DNA of 63,126 bases, counting the filler, from Octopus bimaculoides (Eukaryota): NCBI RefSeq assembly GCF_001194135.2. It is 6 parts of 6 records of this genome, joined end to end, with 100 filler letters (N's around TTAATTAATTAA, not from the genome) between each part and the next. Parts side by side here need not be neighbours in the genome. Positions count along the whole stretch, not along the records: positions 23,459 to 34,811 come from NC_069005.1; positions 34,912 to 59,575 come from NC_068993.1; 4 more parts are not named here. One strand, 5' to 3'. Shown here piece after piece: positions 27,765-38,480 of this stretch. Within the stretch, counting starts at the first letter, position 1. Each line of letters begins with the position of its first letter. A program made the translations under genes and the position numbers. The notes under the pieces were generated by a model, which saw nothing but the letters and a program-made list of their open reading frames with translations, had not been told where the DNA came from and searched no databases.

Positions 27765-28170
27765 GGTTGTATTCCACTTCTTTTCGTGGTTATGAGTCAG
27801 CTAGTTAAACATTTAACTAATCAACTGCTTGATTAATTATTTAGTCAATCAATAAATCAATCAGCTGGTTTTGCTGCAGCCCTTTTTCGTCCCTATTTCT
27901 GGCCTCATCAATAACATGCCCTCCCCTCGTTACTCCAGCTCTGTCTCATTGTCTTTAAGCTTTCGTTACTGTATGTATACTTTGGGGGATGGACGTGTGT
28001 GTGTGTGTGTGTGTGTGTGTGAGACCCTCCCAAGATAGAACTGTTTCAACACACATTTTGAACTACGCTCTGACACCCTGTCATCACCATCTTTATCCCT
28101 TTCCCAGACCACACCCAGCAACCCTTATATAATGTGGGGTAGTCAGAGCCTGTCACTCTATCATAAGTTT

Positions 28171-28431
28171 TCATAAGTTTTGAATTAAAATCTTCCACCA
28201 AACCTTAGTCACAATTTATGTTCCTAACACTAGCTTAATGATAACTAAGTTATTTCACTAAATTCTTTGTTATATTTAAAATTAATTGAAAGAAATACAA
28301 AGCACCTCAAAATAAATATGGTAACGAAAGGGTTAAAATATATGATAGAGAAACAATTCTTAACCCTTTCGATACCAACCCAGCTGAAACCACCTCTGGC
28401 TCTGAGTACAAATGTCTTGTTTTCAAAAGTT
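28171..28431. mobile_element. TTAA-flanked (piggyBac-like) MITE pieces with TIRs arranged back to back
   Basis: gtaacgaaagggTTAA (28321-28336) and TTAAccctttcgatac (28360-28375) are inverted and 23 bp apart. Both pieces end outward in ttttca(t/a)aagtt. Confidence 0.6.
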
Positions 28432-28500
28432 CTGACCTCTCAACACCTGACATAAACTCACCTCCTTCTTTATACTACACTCCACTCAGTGAAGGGGGTA

Positions 28501-28989
28501 GAATTTTTCTTTCCACGATAGTTCTGGATCCCAGTAATGAACTCATTTGCATACAGCCAATCAGAACTCACCTTGACCAGTGTTGTAAGTCAACCGATCG
28601 CCAAGTTATGCCTGATTTTAGGAGACCAGTAATTAGAAAGATTTGCATCTATACCTATCATCGGATTTTGTTAGGGCTCCATATGGTAAAGATGTGGATG
28701 GGAAAAATGTAGGTAGAGGGTGATGTGCTAGCAACCCTCTCCTCTAACTGCTTTCTAAAGTAAACAACAACAAAAAACTACGCAGAGGCAGCCATGGTTG
28801 AAACAAGAACAAGAACAACAAGCATTTTTAAAAGAGAAAAGAAGCATGGTCATTTCTTACCCACGTGACCTTATCTTATCACCCATCACTTGTTATACGC
28901 TCATAAATTAGTTTGATAGTTGAGCTCTGATTGGCTGTATGCAAATGCATTCATAACTGGGGTCCGGAACTCTGGTGGGAAAAAAATTC
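28501..28989. mobile_element. MITE-like element with about 70-bp terminal inverted repeats
   Basis: 28501-28570 (gaatttttc...catttgcatacagccaatcagaactca) is the reverse complement of 28921-28989 (tgagctctgattggctgtatgcaaatg...aaaaaattc), with scattered mismatches. No TSD recognised. Confidence 0.75.
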
Positions 28990-29165
28990 CGCAGGCAGGT
29001 ATTGTTTTCTTTGTCTCACAAATTACTTGGCAACCTCACTAGTGCTGGTGCAACTACAAAAAGGATCATCCAGTATTAGGAAGGGTAACCAGCCAAAGAA
29101 ACCATGCCAAGGCAGATGTCAGAGCCCAACAGAGTCCTGTGGCTTAATCAATAATAATAATAATA

Positions 29166-29600
29166 GTTTCAAATTTTGCCACAAGGGCAGAAATTTTGGT
29201 GGGGTGGGGATGAGGCAATTATATTGACCCCAGAGTTCAACTGATATTTATTTTATTGACTCCAAAAGAATGAAAGGCAAAATTGCAACTCAGAACGTAG
29301 TGGCTGACGAAATACCGCTAAGCATTTCACCCAGCGTGCTAACGATTCTACCAGCTCCCCACCATAATAATAATAATAATAATAATAATAATCCTTTTTA
29401 CTATAGGAACAAGGCCTGAAAATCTGGGGGACTGGAGTAGTCGATTACATCAATCCCAAAGCTTAGATGGTACTTATTTTACTGGCCCCGAAAGGATAAA
29501 AAGACAAAGTCAACCTCAGCAGAATTTGAACTCGGAACATAAAGCTGGAAGGAATGTTGGTAAGCATTTCTTCTGGTGTGCTGCCAATTCTGCCAGTTCG
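29166..29600 (-). mobile_element. Two tandem SINE family A copies separated by (AAT)n
   Basis: 29166-29363 and 29392-29600. Confidence 0.8.
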
Positions 29601-29753
29601 TTAACCGTAATATATCCTGTTGGATTGTCCAAGCCATGCAAACATGACAGATGGAGATTAAATGATGAAGAATCTCACAGAAGAAATCCAAAAACGAAAT
29701 GGCAATATTAATGAAAGAAAAAAGAAAAAACCAGAAAGCAATGTATTACTTAC

Positions 29754-29984
29754 CTGTATGGAAAACTTTCCCTTCTTGAATCAAGTTTGCAAGAGTAGCG
29801 TAGATCAATTCTTCACTGGGTATCTCCATCTCTTTATAACACTGCTCCAGTTTCTCTTGCACGGTATCGAGGGTGGCCACGATACGGTTGTTGTTCAGGT
29901 CCATAATGATAAGGCAAAGAGCCTCAGGAAGTGGGATAAACTGGGTCTGTGGGATTATCTGCATCTCAATTCCATTTACATCAC
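29754..29984 (-). CDS. STOX1: Storkhead-box protein (STOX1/STOX2 / Drosophila knockout orthologue), winged-helix domain exon
   Basis: On the minus strand: acceptor tttcag (AG at 29986-29985) and donor G|GTAAGT (GT at 29753-29752); 231 nt, phase 1-1. Translation GDVNGIEMQIIPQTQFIPLPEALCLIIMDLNNNRIVATLDTVQEKLEQCYKEMEIPSEELIYATLANLIQEGKVFHTG matches the STOX signature GDV..I.M..I.Q.QFIPL.E.LC..I..MN...P..EIL..TL..L..E.K.Y.T. Other exons were not located. Confidence 0.9.
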
Positions 29985-30304
29985 CTGAAACAAACAAGTT
30001 TACAAGAGAAGTTTACAGTAACTTTATATGTGAAGGCATGTAGCTTAGTGGTTAGAGCATTTGGCTCATGATAGTAAGGTTAGGGTTGGGGTTTCCCTAC
30101 ACTAACACCCCTGTCTATCTCTTCTCTTCTCCCTACAATTTCCACCACCGCCGCCGCCGCATCCACCACCTCTTCTGCTAACGATGAAGCCTCTAGTGAC
30201 CGCTCGACTTGCTAGAAATAACAAGCAAATCTCCCTCAAAACACAACTGCACCCAATCGTTTTAGAGAAGGACAACGTCGTGTGTAGTCCAGGCTTTCCT
30301 ACTA

Positions 30305-30830
30305 CACATAGGGGAAAAAAATCGACAGGATGGTCACAGCTGATTGTCTCTGGTCAAGTGCGCTTCCCTACATATATGAAGGCTTTGATTATAGGGCAGT
30401 TCATACAAAGCTCTCCGCTGCACATAGAGACAAAAAGACGTGATGGTCACGATTAGAATACCTTTGATCAGTCTGAACAATGCGCTTCACTGCACACAGG
30501 AAGAAGCAAAAAAACAAATAGGATGGTCACGGGTGGAATGACTTTGACCATCGGTCAGTTCGAACGTACTTCGCTGCACATAGGAAAACATTTAAAAAAG
30601 ACGGGACGGTCATGAATGGAAGGCATTGGTCATGTCAGTCCAAACAACATGCTTCCTGGCATATAAGTAGAAAAAGACGGGATGGCCATAGATGGAAGGC
30701 TTTTGATAATTGGTTAGTCCGAAGAACGCGCTTCCTCGAACGTTGGAAATTTCTTTTTTTTTTTTTTTTCAACGGGGTGGTTACGGCTGGAAGGCCTTCG
30801 CTCAAAGGTCAGTCCGAACAACGCTGACCT
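30305..30830 (+). repeat. Degenerate tandem array, about 6 units of roughly 80 bp
   Basis: Core ggatggtcac-like motif at 30328, 30441, 30521, 30604, 30680 and 30775, each with an A-rich lead-in and a gtcagtccgaac/cgcttc-like tail. Confidence 0.75.
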
Positions 30831-31823
30831 GGATCTGAATAACAACGACAATAGTAGGAGTAGTAAAACATCACTCCGGGACTCCCAAACTCCTACCACC
30901 GTTATTCGTCACCTCTCACAGCAACCATCCACTCCACTCCTAACCCCGCCGCTGCCACCACCACCACCACCATCACCCCATCCCACTCATGCACACCACA
31001 CTCACTCACTCACTCACTCACTCACTCGCTCACTCCATCGACTCAGCAAGTGTCTGTTTGCCAACAGCCAATGAGTGACTCATCAACTGTTACATCTCCA
31101 ATAAAAAATACACACACACACACACACACGTTCAATCATTCATGCACTCTTACATATCTCAGTGCTGTGATGGTCTCTGGTCGCTATGGTGATACGGCTG
31201 CGGGGCTTGCTGCTGCACTTTCCACCACCACCACCACCACCATCACCATCATCACTACAATCAGCGCCGCCGTCGCCGCCGCCGCCACTCGGGCTGCTGC
31301 CTGACCAACAAGCGGAAGTGACGGTAATCGATCTGTTGTAGACGCAAAACCGATCATACCAAACACGACGGGGGTGGCGGGGAGAAAAGGTCTTTGCTTA
31401 CTTGATCACAACCTTTTTACGATACTCATTAACATCTTGCTCTTCTTACCTGCTATGATACTGCGACTGGCAGTAGGCACTACAGCCGACCCCTACACAC
31501 AGTAGGTCGTCGACAGTGACGAGATACGAACCCACACTTTCAACGACGCCAAATCTAACTCTATACGCTTCACCAACCCTAACCCTAATCCCTTCCCTCT
31601 ATCAATCTGTCTGTCTGTCTATCTCTCAATCTATATCTGTCTATCTACCTCAGTCTATCTGTCTATCTCTGTCTGTCTATATCTCTCAATCTGTTTGTCT
31701 ATATCTTTGTAAGCCTAGTACTCATCCTATCAGTCTCTTTGCCGAACCGCTAAGTTACGGGGACATAAACACACCAACATCAATTGTCAAGTGATGGTGG
31801 CGGAGACAAACACAGACACACAC

Positions 31824-31863
<40 letters not shown>

Positions 31864-31864
<1 letters not shown>

Positions 31865-32020
31865 GACAGGCTTCTTTCAGTTTCCGTCTACCAATTCCAC
31901 TCACAAGGCTTTGATCGGCCCAAGGCTATAGTAGAAGACACTTGCCCAAGGTGCCCACGTAGTGGGACTGAACCCGGAACCACGTGGTTGATAAGCAAGC
32001 TACTTACCACACAGCCACAC
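31864..32020 (-). mobile_element. tRNA-derived SINE, family C
   Basis: Reverse complement gtggctgtgtggtaagtagcttgc...ggttccgggttcagtcccact...ggtagacggaaactgaaagaagcc. Other copies: 24358-24510 (+), 37866-38030 (+), 43428-43565 (+, decayed), 47095-47248 (-), 61548-61666 (+). Confidence 0.85.
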
Positions 32021-32269
32021 ACATACATGCATCTGTTCTGTGCATGCTGTGAATATCAGTTCTCCAATATCTCTAATCTCTGCTCACATATCGATCTGTC
32101 ACTCTATCTATTTATCCGTTCATCCAGCTCTCTCCTGATCCCTGTCCTACATCAAACAATCGATTCTTCTCTTTCACTCGATAATCTGGGATTAACAGAG
32201 CGACTGCGGCAGAGAAGTTTGGCATAGGAATTTGATTTAACTGCTATATCATGTGTGTATTTATGTGTG

Positions 32270-32770
32270 TGTGGAGGTTCCCATGCCGGTGGCACATAAA
32301 AAGCACCATCAAAACGTGGCTGATGCCAATGCCTCCTGACTGGCTCCCGTGCCAGTGGCATGTAAAAAGTACTATCCAAATATGACCAATGCCAGTGACC
32401 CTTGACTGGCTCCCATACCAGTGGCACATAAAAAAGCACTCACCAAACGTGATCGATGCCAGGGCCACCTGACTGGTTCCTGTGCCAATGGCATGTAAAA
32501 AGCACTCACCAAACGTGATCGATGCCAGGGCCGCCTGATTAGCTCTCCTGCACTATCCAAATGTAGTCGGTGCCAGGCTTGCCTGACTGGCCCCTGTGCC
32601 GGTGGCACGTAAAAAAATCACTCACTACACTCTCAGAGTGGTTGGCATTAGGAAGGGCACCCAGCTGTAGAAACATTGCCAGATCAGATTTGAGCTTGGT
32701 GCAGCCGCTGGCTCTCCAGACCTCAGTCAAACCGTCCAGCATGGAAAACGGATGTCAAGCAATGATGATG
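32270..32770 (+). mobile_element. Interspersed repeat with an internal tandem array of about 67-bp units and an aggaagggca..cagctgtagaaac body
   Basis: Unit core tgactggc..ccagtggca.gtaaaaagcac recurs at about 32337, 32403, 32470, 32536 and 32584. A related fragment lies at 29035-29140. Confidence 0.7.
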
Positions 32771-32787
32771 ATATATACACACACACA

Positions 32788-32940
32788 TGGCGGGTACTGA
32801 AAAGTTCCTGAATTTGGGCAAAAGAAAATGCAGGGGGGATCAATTAATTATGATTTTACTCAACATATTCTCCTCTCAGATACACACACTTATTGCAGTG
32901 ACCCTCCTTCAGTTTTTCTAAGCACTGTAAAAAAACACAG
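32788..32940 (-). mobile_element. Mariner-type non-autonomous element end
   Basis: TIR-like gggtactgaaaagttcc. The reverse strand resembles a mariner C-terminal tail (..NKCVxLRGEYVE*). A related fragment lies at 50728-50835 (+). Confidence 0.5.
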
Positions 32941-33559
32941 AAAGTTCTCAAGATTGGTTCTTGGGCAACGTGTTACATACCCCAGTACCCCAATAATTAC
33001 AGGTATAAACCTGATCTTGTAATTTGGGTTCAGCGTAGGTACTTACTTTTTCACTGACCTCACGTTAATATCCACTGGGCAGCTTATTTCCTCTGCTGTA
33101 CACAGTTTCTCTTCTCTGTCCCAAATCCCAGTCAGGTTTATTATGCTTGTATGGACATATAAGTATGTATGTATACATACATATATATATACATATATAT
33201 ATATATACAAACACACACAAAGCTGATGCTTGACTATATATGTATATGCTGCTATATATGTATATCATCATCGTCATTATTTTTTGTCTTGGTCTTAGGA
33301 GTTACGTCGAGTCATTCTGTCCAATAGCAACTCACTTCTCGTGACCTTCGGTGTCAAGCACCTGTTCTTAAGATTCTTGCTGTGTCCAACAAACAAGCTT
33401 TGTGCATAAACAGAAGTTTATGCCACAACCAAATTGCTGCTTATAGTACACAGCGCACCAATGACAAGTGGCTTTACATTATTATTATTATTATGAAGAA
33501 GAAGAAGAAGAAGAAGAAGGAGAAGGAGAAGAAGAAGAAGAAGAAGAAGAAGAAGAAGA

Positions 33560-33992
33560 AGGTGGCAGCTGGCAGAATTGTTAGCATGCCAGGCAAAATG
33601 TTTTGCAGCATTTTGTCCGTCCTTGCGTTCTGAGTTCAAATTCCGTCAAGGTTGACTTTACTTTTCATCTTTTTGGGGTCAATAAATTAGTATCAGTTGC
33701 GTACTGTGGTTGATCTAATTGACTGGTCCCTCCCCAAAAATTTCGGGCCTTGTGCCTAGAGTAGAAAAGATTATTATTATTAAAGCTGCTAGCTAGCAGA
33801 ATCGTTAGCACACCAGGCAAAATGCTTAGCAGCATTTCATCTACATGGTCTGAGTTCAAATTCCATCAAGGTCAACTTTGTCTTTCATCCTTTCATGGTC
33901 AATAAATTAAGTACCAGTTGCGTACTGGAGTCAATCTAATCGACTGGCCCTCTCCCCCCAAAATTTCAGGCCTTGTGCCTATAGTAGAAAGG
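33560..33992 (+). mobile_element. Two tandem SINE family A copies
   Basis: 33560-33770 and 33785-33992. Another copy lies at 34447-34665. Confidence 0.8.
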
Positions 33993-34664
33993 ATTATTGT
34001 TATTATTATCATTGAGTGAGAGAGCAGTGCATGCCATCAAAGCGACACTGGGTACAAATATATGAAGCCCATTATACCCATCATGACTACCCGTCTGATA
34101 AGGGTACACCAGGCACATGCATCACAACCATATGTGCGTGACATGGTGATCTCGTATGAATATAAATAGCGCATGACCTCCCAGATGGGGCCCAGTTAGA
34201 ATTTTCTTCGGGTCGAGTAGCCCATCCTGCTCAAAAGGTCCCTGAATAAGGTTTGTTTAAGGATGTTGAGCAAAATACCCATGTTTCCAAAGGTGAATTA
34301 TTCAAACCCCAAAGAATTCCTCTCAACACATGGCTATGATGCTCCCCCACTACTTCTGCTCGTGATCAGAGATGCACATATCATCAGCCACTAAGGGACA
34401 TGCTCAACTGGTTAAGGTCAAACTGACAAGCAAATCTGTGTATGTAAGATGGCAAGCTGACAGAACTGCTGCTCAGCATACAAAAGTGCTTAGCAGCATT
34501 TTGTCTGTCTTTACGTTCTGAGTTCAAATTCCGTTACGGTTAACTTTGCCTTTCGTGCTTCTGGGGTTGATTAAATAAGTACCAGTCAAGTACTGAGCAC
34601 GGTGTAATCGACTTCTCCCACCTCACACAAAAACTGCCGCCTCCGTGCCAAAATTTGAAACCAT

Positions 34665-34811
34665 TATTTATGTCCGCCTTAGCGAAGGGAGAGGTATTGC
34701 TTTCAGTCAGTCATGTTTGTTTGTTCATGCGTTTGTCTGTGGACAAGATATCTCAAGAACCGCTAGATGGAATCGGATGAAACTTTCAGGGATGTTTGGC
34801 CTCGTGACTGG
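34665..34811 (+). mobile_element. Non-autonomous Helitron/Helentron-like (HINE-like) 5' fragment
   Basis: ttatgtccgcctt..ggtattgctttcagtc..tttgtttg..gatatctcaagaaccgctagatggaatcggatgaaactttcagg resembles such elements as I recall them. Truncated by a gap. Confidence 0.4.
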
Positions 34812-35191
34812 NNNNNNNNNNNNNNNNNNNNNNNNNNNNNNNNNNNNNNNNNNNNTTAATTAATTAANNNNNNNNNNNNNNNNNNNNNNNNNNNNNNNNN
34901 NNNNNNNNNNNATATATATATATATATATAAAGTTATTATCATTATTGCTGCTGGTTGTTCAACGGCTACAACCACTCCTACAAAAAAATGTCTTGACCA
35001 CTATTTAATATACAAAAACAGATTGTAGTAATCTACTATCACAGTGAGTTGGAATTACCATGCTTTCAGAAGGAAACGAAAGGGTCGCAAGAAATAACAG
35101 TAAACTATAAATGTGATTCTTAATTTTAATTTCAATTTTATTTTATTAATAAGCCCTCTTCTCTTCTCACATATTTTATACTCATTACATG

Positions 35192-35241
<50 letters not shown>

Positions 35242-35764
35242 CATATGTATGTATATACATATATATGTAAATACACACACATATGTATATATACACATAT
35301 AATATATAATAAATACTCGTGTATACAAAAAAGTTTTATAAGTTATACTCTTATGTACAAAGAACTTTTTGCAATATAAATATCGATGTTAATAACAGAC
35401 CGATATTACTTTCTGAAAGAGAATTTGCCAAAAGGCTCAGTTTCTTTCTCCCAACTCGCTGGAAAGTCGAGGAAATTGTGACAATGTGTGTGGCAAGACC
35501 TTTCTCTAATCGATATCATTTAGATATCATGGTTATCTATCGTTCGACGACAAGGATTGAGTTCTTCGTTCTACACATTTGCCAGCTCCTCAATTGGCCG
35601 TTAAAGGGAATTAATAGTGAGTGGCTGAATCGCCTACAAAGATGTATGCCTTTCATATAATTCTCATCTTTAAATATTTCTTATTCAAATTTGGAAATGG
35701 ACAAAAGAACAAAGGAATTATTGTTTCTAAATCATGGAATTATTTTTTTAATTATACCTTTTAT

Positions 35765-35972
35765 CTATTACTTCAGTCGATAGATTACGGCCATGCTGGG
35801 GCAACGCGTCGGAGAAATTTCAATTGAACGAATCGATCTCAGTATTTCTTACTATTAGGTAAAGCCTAGTATTTATTCTACTTGTCCTTTAGCCGAACCG
35901 CCAAGTTATGAGGACATAAGCACACCAACAGCGGTTGTCAAGCCGTGGCGGGGGATAAACTGACACAAAAAA
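35765..35972 (+). mobile_element. SINE-like repeat, family D
   Basis: cggccatgctgg...aagcctagtatttattcta...gccgaaccgccaagtta...ggttgtcaagc. Other copies: 24550-24722 (-), 31700-31822 (+), 38090-38175 (+), 39545-39720 (+), 42900-43070 (-), 57195-57250 (-). Confidence 0.75.
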
Positions 35973-36240
35973 CACACAAATACGCATCAGAAATATGGAT
36001 GATTTGCAAGTAATCGAAAAAAGAAAAACAAAGAAGGAATCATAGAAACATGGACACTAATTCCGTGACCGTTGAACTTAGTACATTACATTCATTCACA
36101 ATTTTCAATTTGCATTTGATATCGTTTTGTTTGGCGGCTGGTAAATATTTTCTGCCGTAGGCTTGAAGCAATCTGCATTATTAAGTTTTCTTGTGTACTC
36201 TATGTGTAGAATATCAGATTCTCATCTATGAGCTATGAGC

Positions 36241-36284
<44 letters not shown>

Positions 36285-37599
36285 NNNNNNNNNNNNNNNN
36301 NNNNNNNNNNNNNNNNNNNNNNNNNNNNNNNNNNNNNNNNNNNNNNNNNNNNNNNNNNNNNNNNNNNNNNNNNNNNNNNNNNNNNNNNNNNNNNNNNNNN
36401 NNNNNNNNNNNNNNNNNNNNNNNNNNNNNNNNNNNNNNNNNNNNNNNNNNNNNNNNNNNNNNNNNNNNNNNNNNNNNNNNNNNNNNNNNNNNNNNNNNNN
36501 NNNNNNNNNNNNNNNNNNNNNNNNNNNNNNNNNNNNNNNNNNNNNNNNNNNNNNNNNNNNNNNNNNNNNNNNNNNNNNNNNNNNNNNNNNNNNNNNNNNN
36601 NNNNNNNNNNNNNNNNNNNNNNNNNNNNNNNNNNNNNNNNNNNNNNNNNNNNNNNNNNNNNNNNNNNNNNNNNNNNNNNNNNNNNNNNNNNNNNNNNNNN
36701 NNNNNNNNNNNNNNNNNNNNNNNNNNNNNNNNNNNNNNNNNNNNNNNNNNNNNNNNNNNNNNNNNNNNNNNNNNNNNNNNNNNNNNNNNNNNNNNNNNNN
36801 NNNNNNNNNATATATATATATATATATACTGATATATCAAATACATGTATGCATGCATACATGCATTAATTCTTGGGGCTAAAACAACAGTAACATCGTC
36901 CTTTATAGGACGGCCACGTTATGATGACACATAAACATTCCTTATTTATATATATAAACATGTGTGTATAGATGTATATCTTTATTCTTTATGGGTTTTT
37001 TTCTCTTTATTTAAAACATCTCGCAAGAAAAAGAATAACAACATACACGGATTGCCTGAGTAATAACTAGACAAATAAGTTACTCATGTTCGATTTCTAT
37101 GTACGTATGTATGTATGGATGTATGTATGGATGGATGGATGGATGGTTGGATGAATGGAGTTACATGACTACGAGTAAATGGATACTGAAGTCAATTGAA
37201 AGATGGCAATTTAGACGAAGTTCAGCTTTGTAAGTTTGTCACAACAATGAATAAAATCACTATTACTTTCACTCATTTATTCATACATTCCTTCCTTCCT
37301 TCCATCATTCATTCATTCACACTTATCTAGTATTTATATTGATATGCGTCAGTTCTTATTCAAAAATAACGCCTGGTGCAGAACTAAAACAGAACGGAAC
37401 ATAATTCTGTCGAAATCGCCATGCTTCGGTTAATTCTTGTCTTATTCCAATCAACAAGAAAAGTGAAAATTGTGCAAGCATCAAAACATTGTTTCTTGCT
37501 TATATATACGTGGTAATATTTACCGATAAGCTAGAGATACTGTAACATAAATGTGCAGTGATCCTGGTCATATCGTGGTATTTTATAAGCTATTTCTTC

Positions 37600-38480
37600 A
37601 ATATTGCCTATTAAGCGTTTTCCGCATGACTTCAAGGACTCTAGCATAACCACAATGCATGCTGATATAAGCGACCCCGGTGATGGTGACAACTATAAGG
37701 ACATCGTCGTGTTAGCTATCCTTCAATATCTATTTTCCCGTAACATTTCATTTAGAATCTACGCGGAATATCTCAATGTGGTTTACGCTAAGAGTTATCC
37801 GTAATTGATATCATCTTCTGTGTTCGTTACATAAGAAATATGTCGATAACTGCAGCGCTTGCGAATTACGATTATCAGGCGGAGGAGTGGATGAGTGGTA
37901 AAAGGTTTGTTTCCCAACCACAGGTGTTCCGGGTTCAGTCCCATTGCGTGGCACTTTGCATCGTGTTTTCTTTTATAGCCCCGAGCCTAATAATTCTTCG
38001 TGAGTGAATTTGCGAGACTGAAATTGTATGTATGTGGGTGTATATGTGTGTGTTTGCGTGTGTATGTTCATTCATATAGGCTTTTATTCTTTTATTCTTT
38101 TTATTCTTTCAGTCATCTGACTATGGCCATCCTGGAGCACCACCTTGAAGGGTTTTAGTCGATTCCAGGACTTACTTTTCACGCGTAGTTTATATTCTAT
38201 TGGATTATTTTGGGGAAATTAGTCGAAATAAAGGCAATGTACGTCCACAGATATATAACTAAACGAATATGATATATATAACAACCAATATAACAAAACG
38301 CCTCGGAACAATGACGATATAACTGAGTCACACGAGGTGTAAAAGAGTGGAGTTAAACAGGGTTGTTTACTTGCAGGAATGTTATTTAGGTGTTTTGCTT
38401 ATTTCTTTCAAGTTTGCCTCTGTTGTCTTCTATCAACATTTGAAAGACTGAACAGCAGGAATGAAGTGAAACGAGGTTAT
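37600..38480 (+). mobile_element. RTE-type LINE RT remnants interrupted by SINEs
   Basis: PHDFKDSSI..GDGDNYKDIVVLAI (cf. PQDFKDA..DNYRGISLLS) at 37.6-37.8 kb and KSGVKQGCLLAGMLF at 38343-38388. Confidence 0.6.

Noticed and set aside
30305-32630. CRISPR-like reading of the two tandem arrays
   Set aside because: The units are degenerate along their whole length, with no constant repeat plus unique spacer, no cas genes, and a eukaryotic context.
35319-35660. 113-aa ORF in unique sequence
   Set aside because: It starts in low-complexity DNA with no motifs or splice support; it may be non-coding regulatory sequence.
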